64,000 nucleotides of DNA from an uncultured Dokdonia sp. Lineage in GTDB: Bacteria; Bacteroidota; Bacteroidia; Flavobacteriales; Flavobacteriaceae. The position numbers were made by a program, and so were the translations under genes. The stretch is from NCBI RefSeq assembly GCF_947492535.1, contig NZ_CANLNH010000008.1, positions 120,518-184,517 of the forward strand, given 5' to 3'. Position 1 is the stretch's first letter. Every line of letters begins with the position of its first letter. Below, piece after piece: positions 18,845 through 28,315 of the stretch. The notes beneath the pieces were generated by a model, which searched no databases, had not been told where the DNA came from, and saw only the letters and a program-made list of their open reading frames with translations.

Positions 18845-19567
18845 ATGAGAGAACAAAGAGAAGCATTAAAGGCATATTTTGAAAATGGAGATCGACCTAC
18901 TGAAACTCAGTTTGCACAACTTATAGATTCTTATGTGCATTTAAATGAACTGAATTTTGGATTGAAATTACGCCCTTCTGGGGCTTTAAAAACAAAGTTT
19001 TATCATTTCTATAATTCTCAAGAACCGTTTTCTCCTATCGGTCATAAAATCATAGAAGCTCCGTTTGGTAGTGAAGCACCACCTATGCCAAATTACAGGA
19101 CTCTTTTTAGCAGAGTTGTAAATTATAAACAATTAGTATGTTATATTCAAGGCCCTATAGATCTTGTAAAGCATCAGCCTAAAATTATTATAGAACGCTA
19201 TAAACAGAAAAAGAAACTAACAAGTGGATATGTGAAACCATCAGGTTTTTATAAAGAAGAGATGCGAGATGCAATTCTTTGGAATAGGAAATCAGAGTAT
19301 GATGTAACTGCCAGAGAAATGATCTTAGATATCGAACCTATTCATTATTTTAAGCCAAGTAGTTTATATCGTGATTTTAGACCTTCAGGTAGTAAATATG
19401 ATCCAGGTTCTTTTAAATATTCAGTGCATAGAAAACCATATGTTCCTATTCAAATGAAGTTACAGATCACTATAGATAATACAAATTATACTTCACACCC
19501 TATAGACTTAAAAATAGTGCTTGGAGGAGGAGATATTAACGATGCCATAAATTTTGCTTTTGATTAA
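18845..19567 (+). CDS. Hypothetical protein with tail-fibre-type N-terminal motif
   Basis: REALKAYFENGDRPTETQFAQLIDSYVH; no signal peptide; remainder unrecognised. Confidence 0.75.
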   Translation: MREQREALKAYFENGDRPTETQFAQLIDSYVHLNELNFGLKLRPSGALKTKFYHFYNSQEPFSPIGHKIIEAPFGSEAPPMPNYRTLFSRVVNYKQLVCYIQGPIDLVKHQPKIIIERYKQKKKLTSGYVKPSGFYKEEMRDAILWNRKSEYDVTAREMILDIEPIHYFKPSSLYRDFRPSGSKYDPGSFKYSVHRKPYVPIQMKLQITIDNTNYTSHPIDLKIVLGGGDINDAINFAFD

Positions 19568-19704
19568 GCAATATGTTCATAATATAGATTGAAATACCCT
19601 TAATTAGTAGGATGCCCCTTAGGCGAGATACCTTTATTAAGATAATCAGGAGACTGATATTGATATGTGTATAGCTTATTGAGATAAGTTACAATTTACA
19701 GTAA

Positions 19705-19897
19705 TTCTGAAGAGGTTCTTTAGCAAGGCGTGAGTTTACTTCGGTAGGCCATGAACTCTAACCCCTCAGAAGAAATACTTATAGAAATAACGTGCTTGTC
19801 TTTAGGAGTGAAGATATACAATACAATTATAATGATTATTAGTAGGAATCTGTATTGAGAGAAACTCTATCGCAAGGGGTACTTTGGTATTCCTTTT
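19705..19897 (+). other. Structured non-coding segment (candidate RNA)
   Basis: C(UUCG)G-capped stem 19729-19753 inside outer pairing 19705-19771; second related stem 19875-19894 followed by T residues. Confidence 0.35.
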
Positions 19898-19952
19898 GAG
19901 ATTTTCCTTACATAGACCAAGCAACCTTTAATTGAGATTCAATCTTTAAAAT

Positions 19953-19987
19953 GAAAGCGCGTTACTCTTTATGAGTGACGCGCTTTC
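19953..19987. terminator. Hairpin terminator between convergent genes
   Basis: GAAAGCGCGTTACTC-tttat-GAGTGACGCGCTTTC. Confidence 0.8.
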
Positions 19988-20020
19988 TATTTTTCGTATT
20001 TTGTATAAAAATATTAGAAA

Positions 20021-21628
20021 CTATCCTTTAACTCCAGGTTGCTTAATTTCAAATCCGCCTTCGTCTGCTTTTGCCTTATCTACCATTGCTTTTACATCAC
20101 GTAATAGCTGTTTAGCATCATAGATAATACCATCTTTAATGGTGTATTTTACACCTCCTGCACGAATCACTTCATTATCTTCAGTGAGTTTGATAGCACC
20201 AGTTCCATACAGTACTTTTAAATTTTGAAGCGGGTTTTCATCTACAATCACAAAATCGGCTAGTTTACCTACTTGTACAGATCCTATTTTATCATCCATA
20301 CGTAGAGCTTCAGCACCATTAAGCGTTGCAGCTCTGATCACTTCCATAGGATGGAAACCAGCTTCTCTTAATAATTCTAATTCGCGTATATAGGCAAATC
20401 CATAGAGTTGAAAGATAAATCCAGAGTCAGATCCAGCAGTGACACGCCCTCCTCTGTTTTTATACTCGTTGATAAAGGTCATCCATAGACGGTAATTTTC
20501 GCGCCAAGCAACTTCTTCTTCCGTTCCCCAGAAATGCCAGTAGGATCCATGCGAAATTTTACTAGGTTGGTAGAAACGCCATAAAGAGGGTAGTGTATAG
20601 TCTTCATGCCACTCTGCACGGCGCGCTCTCATCAAATCACGACTTGCTTCATAGATATTAAAAGTAGGATCTAATGTAAAATCTAAGGCTAATAATTCTT
20701 CCATGACAGCATTCCAATGATCAGAATAAGGAGCTGCTGCTTGTTGCCATAATCTACCCGCTTCTCCAAAACGATGTTGCTCATTGTTATAATTATAATC
20801 TAAAGGATAATCCTGTACCGTACGATCTGTAAATAAGGCTTCAGGCAATCCATACCAATGTTCCATAGAAGTAAGTCCAGCTCTCGCCGAATTTAATACA
20901 TTCCATCTCGCTACACTTAATTGTGCGTGATGCATGGATGAGGTAAGACCTAATTTTTTATTTTCTTCCAATGCCGCCTGCATGATATGAGGTTCTGCGC
21001 CAAAAAACTTAATCCCATCTGCGCCTTTTTTTGCATTATCACGTACCCATTGTCTTGCTTGTTCTGCAGTAGTGATAGGCGTTTTACTTCCTTGCCCAAA
21101 ACCTGTATGTGCGACAATACGCGGTGCGATAATTTCATTTTTTGCAGATCTACGTTTTAAATCTAAGGCATAATCGATACCTCTTCCTGATGGTTCGCGC
21201 ACCGTTGTTACCCCATGTGCCATCCATAACTTAAACACATATTCCCAATCTGCGCCTTGAGCTACACCTCCAATATGTCCATGCATATCTACAAAACCAG
21301 GCAGCAGATACATCCCATTGGCATCAAGTTCTTTTCCTCCATTTTTAAGTTGCGGGCGTTTGGTAGCATCAATGGGTACGCCTGGATATCCTACTACCTT
21401 AATTTCTTTGATGATATTATTTTCTACGACAATATCTACGGGACCAATAGGCGGTGCGCCATCACCATTTATAACGGTGACACCTCGTATGATTAATTGA
21501 TTAAATGGACCTTGCTGTGTTTGCGCTCCTGCCTGTCGTGCTATATTTTGAGCCCTTGCGGCAGACAGGTTCGCGAAAGCGTATACAGTAAAAATAATAG
21601 TGAGTGTGAGAAGTAGTTGTTTTTTCAT
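20021..21628 (-). CDS. Exported amidohydrolase-superfamily metalloenzyme
   Basis: PGFVDMHGH, VTAGSD, GSVQVGKLADFVIV; signal peptide. Confidence 0.88.
   Translation of the reverse strand: MKKQLLLTLTIIFTVYAFANLSAARAQNIARQAGAQTQQGPFNQLIIRGVTVINGDGAPPIGPVDIVVENNIIKEIKVVGYPGVPIDATKRPQLKNGGKELDANGMYLLPGFVDMHGHIGGVAQGADWEYVFKLWMAHGVTTVREPSGRGIDYALDLKRRSAKNEIIAPRIVAHTGFGQGSKTPITTAEQARQWVRDNAKKGADGIKFFGAEPHIMQAALEENKKLGLTSSMHHAQLSVARWNVLNSARAGLTSMEHWYGLPEALFTDRTVQDYPLDYNYNNEQHRFGEAGRLWQQAAAPYSDHWNAVMEELLALDFTLDPTFNIYEASRDLMRARRAEWHEDYTLPSLWRFYQPSKISHGSYWHFWGTEEEVAWRENYRLWMTFINEYKNRGGRVTAGSDSGFIFQLYGFAYIRELELLREAGFHPMEVIRAATLNGAEALRMDDKIGSVQVGKLADFVIVDENPLQNLKVLYGTGAIKLTEDNEVIRAGGVKYTIKDGIIYDAKQLLRDVKAMVDKAKADEGGFEIKQPGVKG
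21570..21583. repeat. Partial palindrome copy in amidohydrolase signal peptide (YAFA)
   Basis: TTCGCGAAAGCGTA. Confidence 0.7.
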
Positions 21629-21668
21629 AGGTGATGGTTTGTATTCTATGGAAGAGTTTTTGATAAGG

Positions 21669-22154
21669 CTAATATATTAACCTAAAACTTTGTGCTATTT
21701 TTTCGCCAGCAATCACATCATTATCATAACAATAAATAGTTGATTCGTATATGATTTTCTTTTCTGGGTGATACATAACGACTACAAATACGGGATTTTT
21801 AGTATCACCATCTATATCTGTTGCTCGTACATAATAGCCTTTAGCAACGGTTGTTAACTTTTGAGCTGTTTGTACTTCGTATAGGCTTAATTGAGAAGCT
21901 ACTACTTCGGTGGTTCTAGCAAGATTAACAAAGTAATCTTTGCTAACTTCATTTACATAAAAAATCTCTGTATCTACGGCTAGATCATCATTTTCATAAC
22001 CTACCACACGTACAGATTCTGTATCGTAGAGTTTTAATTCTACAGGGGTTTCAAATGAAAAAGAATATTTTTCTGATGTATTCAAGATTTGTGCTAATCC
22101 TATTTGACAGAATCCCAAAAGGAAAAGGATAGTGTACATAACTTTGTTATTCAT
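21669..22154 (-). CDS. Exported hypothetical protein
   Basis: 161 aa ORF with signal peptide. Confidence 0.7.
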   Translation of the reverse strand: MNNKVMYTILFLLGFCQIGLAQILNTSEKYSFSFETPVELKLYDTESVRVVGYENDDLAVDTEIFYVNEVSKDYFVNLARTTEVVASQLSLYEVQTAQKLTTVAKGYYVRATDIDGDTKNPVFVVVMYHPEKKIIYESTIYCYDNDVIAGEKIAQSFRLIY

Positions 22155-22251
22155 AGATTGTAGGAGTTGTTAGTGTTTTTAAATTGAATGTTCAGTGTTA
22201 AAGATACGTATTGTGACTGAAATGTAGTTATTGAACTTTAGGGTAGTTCTA

Positions 22252-22271
22252 TACGCTTTCGCGAAAGCGTA
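22252..22271. repeat. Perfect 20-bp palindrome, intergenic
   Basis: TACGCTTTCGCGAAAGCGTA. Confidence 0.95.
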
Positions 22272-22297
22272 TTCATTTATTTAGCAATAGTATTTTA

Positions 22298-23389
22298 TTA
22301 CTTCCATGGACCATGTATAGTGACAGCGGCAAAATTGTTTTCATTCTTTAGAAAGAGTCCTTTCCAGCCTCCTGCCCAAATCTTTCCTTCTTGATCTTGA
22401 TATACGGTTTGTACCCCATTGGTAGTAAGCCCTTGATCATTGTAAAAATTTGTAAATGTGGTACCATCATAGCGATATACGCCATAATTCTCTGCGGGAA
22501 ACCAAATATATCCGTTTTGATCTTCATATACGCTCCATACTTCATCACCAGCTATAATGCCATCTTTGGTATAATTCGTAAAAGTAGCTCCATCGTATTT
22601 ACTAATCCCTTTGAAGTGAGTAGCAAACCAGAAATTTCCTTGAGTGTCTTCTAAAATATCATTGACAGAATTATTACTTAAACCATCTTTTTCAGAGAGA
22701 TTCGTTAGCGATTTTCCGTCGTAGATATATGCACCACCATTGGTGCCAAACCACATACGATTTTTACTATCCTGCATGATACTATGCACAATTTTTTTGC
22801 TTGTCACACCTCTTCTATGATCTTCTTTTGTTTCAGGAAGCGTAAAAGGAGTAAATGAAGTACCGTCAAATAAGCTTATTCCTTGATAAGTGCCTACCCA
22901 TAGAATTCCTTCTTTATCTATCGTCATACTCCATACATTGTTATCTGCCAATCCTTCTTTTTCTGTGTAATTTGTAAATGTAGTACCATCATATTTTGTG
23001 ATTCCTCCATTAGTGCCAAACCAGATATTTTTGTTGCGATCTTCTAAAATACTTCGTACCGCTCCTCCTCCAAATCCCTCTTTAAATGTAAAATATTCTA
23101 TATTTTTTCCATTATAACGAGCCACGCCATCTCCATTTGTACCAAGCCATAAGTTTCCTTGTGAGTCTTGAAATATCCTACGTACAAAGTCACTTATTCT
23201 TGGAGACAAGAATTCGGTAGGACTATACTCAGAAGGAGGGAGCGGAGTTGTCTGTTTTTTTTTAGATAACGTACCTGTTATAGATTCTTCTTCCTTTTTT
23301 AAGGCGTCTTGTCCATTACAGGAAGCGATACAAATAGAAAATAGTATGATGTAATATTTTACTATATATGCGGGAATTCTATTTTTCAT
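22298..23389 (-). CDS. Lipoprotein made of two-component-regulator propeller repeats, with no kinase domain
   Basis: Lipobox IASC; repeated I.ED..GN.WFGT..G...YDG..FTNY...GL..N.V units. Confidence 0.85.
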   Translation of the reverse strand: MKNRIPAYIVKYYIILFSICIASCNGQDALKKEEESITGTLSKKKQTTPLPPSEYSPTEFLSPRISDFVRRIFQDSQGNLWLGTNGDGVARYNGKNIEYFTFKEGFGGGAVRSILEDRNKNIWFGTNGGITKYDGTTFTNYTEKEGLADNNVWSMTIDKEGILWVGTYQGISLFDGTSFTPFTLPETKEDHRRGVTSKKIVHSIMQDSKNRMWFGTNGGAYIYDGKSLTNLSEKDGLSNNSVNDILEDTQGNFWFATHFKGISKYDGATFTNYTKDGIIAGDEVWSVYEDQNGYIWFPAENYGVYRYDGTTFTNFYNDQGLTTNGVQTVYQDQEGKIWAGGWKGLFLKNENNFAAVTIHGPWK

Positions 23390-23417
23390 AAAGGTTATAT
23401 TTTATGATTATGAATTT

Positions 23418-24002
23418 TTATTTTGGCATAAATCTTTTAGGATCTTCTTTGTCTATAATTTCTGCTTCTTGTTGTTTACTACTCTTCTCTTCTGTTTTTG
23501 GAGATGCGCTACTGCTTTGTTTTTGATCTGGCTTAGGGTTATTTCTTTCTTTGTGTATTGATGTAGGTTTTACTTTAGAATAAATAGGTTCTACGAGCAC
23601 TTTCCAAGGTTTTTGTAATTTCCAACATTTAATTAAATAAGGGATTAAAAAGAGAATTTCAATTCTAAGATTGATTTCATAAGTACCATCGCCGACTAAT
23701 TCAAAAATAGGGTAGAATATAGTCATCATGACACAAATTATAAGTCCAATGATTGCATCTATAATACCTAGTGTCATTGCAATATTTTTCTCTGTCCACA
23801 TCGTGTAGGCGGTAAATGCTTTGAAGAAGATAATAGAATGGATTAATAAACCCATTAGTGAGAAGCTATCATCAGTACTCATACCATAGATCGATACATC
23901 AAATAAAAAACCAAAATTTAGGCTATATCGTATGGCTTCCCAAAATAGAACACCTACACTATAGATTGCTGGTAAAAAATAGATCCAAATAAAAAAAATC
24001 AT
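23418..24002 (-). CDS. Hypothetical membrane protein (true start probably further upstream)
   Basis: 4 hydrophobic segments; frame stays open upstream through RRRKLLPWW. Confidence 0.7.
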   Translation of the reverse strand: MIFFIWIYFLPAIYSVGVLFWEAIRYSLNFGFLFDVSIYGMSTDDSFSLMGLLIHSIIFFKAFTAYTMWTEKNIAMTLGIIDAIIGLIICVMMTIFYPIFELVGDGTYEINLRIEILFLIPYLIKCWKLQKPWKVLVEPIYSKVKPTSIHKERNNPKPDQKQSSSASPKTEEKSSKQQEAEIIDKEDPKRFMPK

Positions 24003-24127
24003 CCACCAAGGAAGTAGTTTTCTTCTTCTATGTAAAATTTGACGATATATACTGTTTTGCTTTGTGATAATTTGACCGTTTTCTGGATTTATACTGTTTA
24101 ATGCATATTTTTTTGATAAAGTATAGA

Positions 24128-24550
24128 TTAACTTGAATCCAACATTCCTTTTCTAGTGATCAAGTTAATTATAATTCTTGTTATAAAATAAATACCTAGG
24201 ATAATAAAGAAACTACTAAAACGAAAGTTGAAATTCAGCGTACCAAATGGCCAAAGTATTTTTGCTAAAAGGGGTCCTATAATGGTTAGATATAAAATAA
24301 GCCATATTCCTATGGCTGTTACTTCTATAAGTACGTTTTTGATTTTTGTTATTTTCTCAATATACTTTTTAGCAAAAAAAGTAATTAAGATAAGAGATGT
24401 TGTTGCAGCACTAGAAAAGAATAACCAATACCAAGGATGTTCTTCAAAAATAGCGTCTTTTCTACTAATATGTTCGTAATAATCGTAAGCAGAGTAGATT
24501 ATTACGATTACTACAAAGTAGTATAATGGATTTTTAGGTATTTTATTCAA
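24128..24550 (-). CDS. Hypothetical membrane protein
   Basis: 4 hydrophobic segments. Confidence 0.7.
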   Translation of the reverse strand: MNKIPKNPLYYFVVIVIIYSAYDYYEHISRKDAIFEEHPWYWLFFSSAATTSLILITFFAKKYIEKITKIKNVLIEVTAIGIWLILYLTIIGPLLAKILWPFGTLNFNFRFSSFFIILGIYFITRIIINLITRKGMLDSS

Positions 24551-24624
24551 AATGATATAGAATACTCATTAAATATAAAAGATATAACCTTAGTTAGCTC
24601 TTATTAACTTGTGAAGATTCTGAG

Positions 24625-24689
24625 TACGCTTTACCGCTAAGCTCTCCCTCTGGTCGTGAATCTCGTAAACTCGCTTTCGCGAAAGCGTA
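24625..24689 (-). repeat. 65-bp composite palindrome element, intergenic
   Basis: TACGCTTT + 45 nt + CGCGAAAGCGTA; homologous to 13584-13648. Confidence 0.85.
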
Positions 24690-24712
24690 TATGTATTAAT
24701 AAATATCCGTTA

Positions 24713-25390
24713 TCATTTTTGAGGAAGCAATGTCCATTCTTTATCTACTGGTTGATGTGTTTTTATAAACGCTGACGGTTGCATTAAGAAGAATGAATTA
24801 TCATAATCAAATTCAAATAGTTCTGTGGTTACATCTGTAAAACCACTAGACCAGGTGGCATCGCATAGATACCATTTTCCATTGAGTTTAATGACATTCC
24901 AAGAGTGATTAGGCATCTCTAAATTTTTAGATTTCATACTTCCATCTAAGCCATACCCATTTATGATTTTGCACTCTAAACCAGCCAATCGGGATAATTC
25001 TTGGACTAAATAGGCATAACCTGTACAAAGTGTTTCTTTATCATTAAGTAATTTTTTAAATACCTGTCTTTTAAATTGATGGTTCCAAATGTGTAATGCT
25101 TCTGGATCGTCTTTTAGCTTTTGACGTTTACGATCATTTTTTAGCATCAGTCCGTACTCTCCTTTTATATTATGGCACACCCAATAATAGATAGCTCTAA
25201 AACGCTCCACATCCGTATCTAACGTATAGGTTAGTTGATGAGCGAGCATTGGTAAATTAGTAAGTGCTTCACCTTTATGTCTATCTGCAATATTCTCAGC
25301 TTTTGTAAAATCGATGGTTTTAAAATCGCTTTGTTGTGCATGTAAGAACGGCATAAAGATGAAGCATACTAAAAGAAGATATCTTCTCAT
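24713..25390 (-). CDS. Exported transglutaminase-like domain protein
   Basis: LCTGYAYL, HSWNVIKLNGKWYLCDATW (Cys-His-Asp triad). Confidence 0.85.
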   Translation of the reverse strand: MRRYLLLVCFIFMPFLHAQQSDFKTIDFTKAENIADRHKGEALTNLPMLAHQLTYTLDTDVERFRAIYYWVCHNIKGEYGLMLKNDRKRQKLKDDPEALHIWNHQFKRQVFKKLLNDKETLCTGYAYLVQELSRLAGLECKIINGYGLDGSMKSKNLEMPNHSWNVIKLNGKWYLCDATWSSGFTDVTTELFEFDYDNSFFLMQPSAFIKTHQPVDKEWTLLPQK

Positions 25391-25400
25391 ATCAAAAGCG

Positions 25401-25811
25401 TTATTTCTTTTCTATATCTAATGGTGCCGTAGTAGCTTTTGTGCGTAAAGCAGCAGTAATAATGATTGGAATATCCTCTAGAAATGGTTCGATATAGGTA
25501 GTATCTCCTGTGATCTTGATCTCTCTATCTTTAAATCCTAGAGAAGTCACGACTAATACATCGTTTTCTTTTAATTTTTGAGGAAATGTAAACTTTCCAT
25601 CATCATCGCATACCACTCCAATATACGTTCCCTTTAAGAGTACGGTTGCAGAGGGTACAATACCATAATTAGAAGTAACTTGACCAGTAACAGTTCGTTC
25701 CGTTTCTTGTGCATTTACGGTAGTCGTGAAAAGTGAAATCATCAGGAAAATACCAAAGGCAATACCTGTTTTTAATACGTTTTGTTGTTTTGGAATACAT
25801 AGTGTTTTCAT
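25401..25811 (-). CDS. Carboxypeptidase-regulatory-like (CarboxypepD_reg-like) domain protein
   Basis: TVTGQV, ATVLLKGT..GVVCDDDGKF, LVVTSLGF. Confidence 0.8.
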   Translation of the reverse strand: MKTLCIPKQQNVLKTGIAFGIFLMISLFTTTVNAQETERTVTGQVTSNYGIVPSATVLLKGTYIGVVCDDDGKFTFPQKLKENDVLVVTSLGFKDREIKITGDTTYIEPFLEDIPIIITAALRTKATTAPLDIEKK

Positions 25812-25986
25812 AATATATCTGTTTTGTTTCTCTCAAACATAGATATATCATAGGTGTATAGAAAGCTATAATGAGTTAACGGGACGATTGCTTGAGTGAA
25901 ACAACTATTATGACGAGTATTCCAATAACTAGTTAAAAAGAAGGTTTTGAACTATTAAAAATATTACTTGAGTAAGTCTAAGGGTA

Positions 25987-26358
25987 TTATATGTATACTT
26001 TTCGAAGTATTTTTTCCATTTTTCTTCCTCTAGCAAGTTCTTCTATGAGTTTATCTAAATAGCGGCATTGTTTGGTTAATGGAGTTTCAATTTCTTCTAT
26101 TTTATAGCCACATATGGTTCCTTTAATTAAGGAAGCATTTGGATGTAATGTAGCCCTTTCAAAGAAGGTGGCAAATGTTACTTTTTCGTCAATGAGTTGT
26201 TGTATGTCACTTTCATTAAAGCCTGTAAGCCATTCTATAACTTGATGTAATTCTTCTTTAGTTCTCCCTTTTTTTTCCACTTTTGTTACGTAATGAGGGT
26301 AGACAGAAAAAAACTTCATATTGGCTACACGAGCATCGTGTTCTGGAGTTGTTGCCAT
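25987..26358 (-). CDS. DUF2200-family protein
   Basis: FFSVYPHYVTKVEKKGRTKEEL, IKGTICGYKIEEIE, RYLDKLIEELARG. Confidence 0.85.
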   Translation of the reverse strand: MATTPEHDARVANMKFFSVYPHYVTKVEKKGRTKEELHQVIEWLTGFNESDIQQLIDEKVTFATFFERATLHPNASLIKGTICGYKIEEIETPLTKQCRYLDKLIEELARGRKMEKILRKVYI

Positions 26359-26401
26359 GGTTTTGATTTATTTTATAACCTATACAATATATAAAAATAA
26401 T

Positions 26402-26421
26402 TACGCTTTCGCGAAAGCGTA
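26402..26421. repeat. Perfect 20-bp palindrome, intergenic
   Basis: TACGCTTTCGCGAAAGCGTA. Confidence 0.95.
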
Positions 26422-26573
26422 CGCAGCATCCTATGTATTAAAATGATAGTATTCATATTATATGGGCTTTCACATATACGTGAGAAAAAGAATCTTTATC
26501 ATTCATTGGTGGTCGCTAAATTAACAGAAAAAGAAGTATTCAGATCATTGATTCCTTTTTTATGATCTTATAT

Positions 26574-27083
26574 TCATTTAGTATACTCATCACGTATTAT
26601 ATAGTACCTGTGTTCGTCATAAATTTTTTCATTCTTGATGATTGCTTTTTTAAAAATCCCATCCTTCATATACCCATTTTTTTCAAGTGCTTTCATAGAA
26701 GAAATATTGTATTCAAATACCCCAGCATGAATTCTTATTAGTTCTAGTTGTTCAAAACCATAGTGTGTTATTAATGCTATTGCTTTTGTGGCAATACCCT
26801 TACCCCAATAGGGCTCACCAATCCAGTAACCAATTTCAGCGGTTTTTCTATACACATCATTTTGAGTTATAACACCAATAACGCCACAAAGATTCCCTTT
26901 ATATTCAATACCAAAATTTTGTTTGGGATCCTCTTGTTTGGTTTGCGTTATAAATGATTTTGCATCATTTTCATTGTATGGAAAAGGGATATAGTCTCTT
27001 AAGTTATTCCATATATTCTTATTATTAGCAAGGGTAGCTAATTGTGATGCATCTGATAATTCAAGAGGTCTCAATGTGATCAT
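26574..27083 (-). CDS. GNAT acetyltransferase (RimJ/RimL type)
   Basis: AEIGYWIGEPYWGKGIAT, NISSMKALEKNGY. Confidence 0.9.
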   Translation of the reverse strand: MITLRPLELSDASQLATLANNKNIWNNLRDYIPFPYNENDAKSFITQTKQEDPKQNFGIEYKGNLCGVIGVITQNDVYRKTAEIGYWIGEPYWGKGIATKAIALITHYGFEQLELIRIHAGVFEYNISSMKALEKNGYMKDGIFKKAIIKNEKIYDEHRYYIIRDEYTK

Positions 27084-27113
27084 ATAATGGAACTAAACAT
27101 TAATGGTATAAGT

Positions 27114-27605
27114 TTATGGATGCTTTTTTAAATATTTTATAATGATGCCTAACTGTCCTAAATGATAGAGGTCATGGTGAAGCATTCCGTTAATAATAAA
27201 CCGATATTCATAATTGTCTTTAAAGTCGGTATCATAATATTTTGTATTCAGAAAATCATCATCCTTAGATGCTAATAAATTAATCAATTGAGTAAGTGTC
27301 TTATCATATTCTGATTTGATATGATGCCAGCCTATTAGTTCCAGTTTGTCATTCGTCAACCAGTTTTCTTCACAATCGTCTGTTTTACTTCCTGTACCTG
27401 TTTGAATTTTTAAGATGGTCTCTTTTCTCCATAATGTTAAATGAGAAATGATCTCAGCAATACTATGCAATCCTTCAATGGGTCTCTTAAAAACCATAGA
27501 TTCATCTACCTGATTTAACTTACTAGTAAATGTACTACCTATCCATAATGTTCCATTTTGAACTTCTTTGTATTGTTGAATGATATGTTGAATTACATGA
27601 TTCAT
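27114..27605 (-). CDS. DinB-family protein
   Basis: HSIAEIISHL and HHDLYHLGQ; start set at MNHVIQ. Confidence 0.85.
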   Translation of the reverse strand: MNHVIQHIIQQYKEVQNGTLWIGSTFTSKLNQVDESMVFKRPIEGLHSIAEIISHLTLWRKETILKIQTGTGSKTDDCEENWLTNDKLELIGWHHIKSEYDKTLTQLINLLASKDDDFLNTKYYDTDFKDNYEYRFIINGMLHHDLYHLGQLGIIIKYLKKHP

Positions 27606-27627
27606 ATTATAGATAGATTTGTAATTA

Positions 27628-27963
27628 TTAATATGGTATAAAACCATACTTTAAGCTTAATATAACAAGAATAATAGTGACTAATAAGAGTAATACTTTG
27701 TACATATTTCGTAACGAAAATTCACCAAAAAGAGCACTACCATCGTGATTGATAGTTTTTGGTTGCATCAAAATATCATAATTCTCTATACTGTATTTTT
27801 CTATTGTATGTACATCTGTCAATGTAGTTGATCGTTGTTTCTTCAACTTAAAATAGGTTATGAATAAACATACAATCACTAGAATAACGAAGGGTACATC
27901 TGAATTATCTAAAAACCTAGGGTCGATGTATGGACCACTAGAAATAACTTTTAAGCATAACAT
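27628..27963 (-). CDS. Small hypothetical membrane protein
   Basis: Two hydrophobic segments; start uncertain. Confidence 0.5.
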   Translation of the reverse strand: MLCLKVISSGPYIDPRFLDNSDVPFVILVIVCLFITYFKLKKQRSTTLTDVHTIEKYSIENYDILMQPKTINHDGSALFGEFSLRNMYKVLLLLVTIILVILSLKYGFIPY

Positions 27964-28033
27964 AATTTACTTACTTTAATGATGAATCGGACTTTCAAAA
28001 ACAAAACGTTTAAAAATAACGTATTCGGAAGCT

Positions 28034-28315
28034 AGTTACGGAAAGTACGTCTTTTTTTGTGCTTTGCATATTACAAAAAAGGACGTACAACCACCAACAT
28101 TACGTTGGCATACAATTTTACTTTAGTTAATCAAACTTCCAAAGAACAAGGCATTAAAAAATAACTTATTTAGAATTGAGTTACGGAAAGTACGTTCTTT
28201 TTTGTGCTTCGCATATTACAAAAAAGGACGTACAACCACCAACACTACGTTGGCATACAATTTTACTTTAGTTAATCAAACTTCCAAAGAACAAGGCATT
28301 AAAAAATAATTTATT
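28034..28315. repeat. 145-bp tandem duplication covering the M14 gene 3' end and its terminator
   Basis: 28034-28170 versus 28179-28315, about 5 differences; each copy holds a GTACGT...ACGTAC hairpin (28045-28088, 28190-28233). Confidence 0.92.

Noticed and set aside
19707-19775. Hammerhead ribozyme (CTGAAGA matches CUGANGA)
   Set aside because: No correctly placed C-GAAA closing stem II and no stem III/cleavage triplet found
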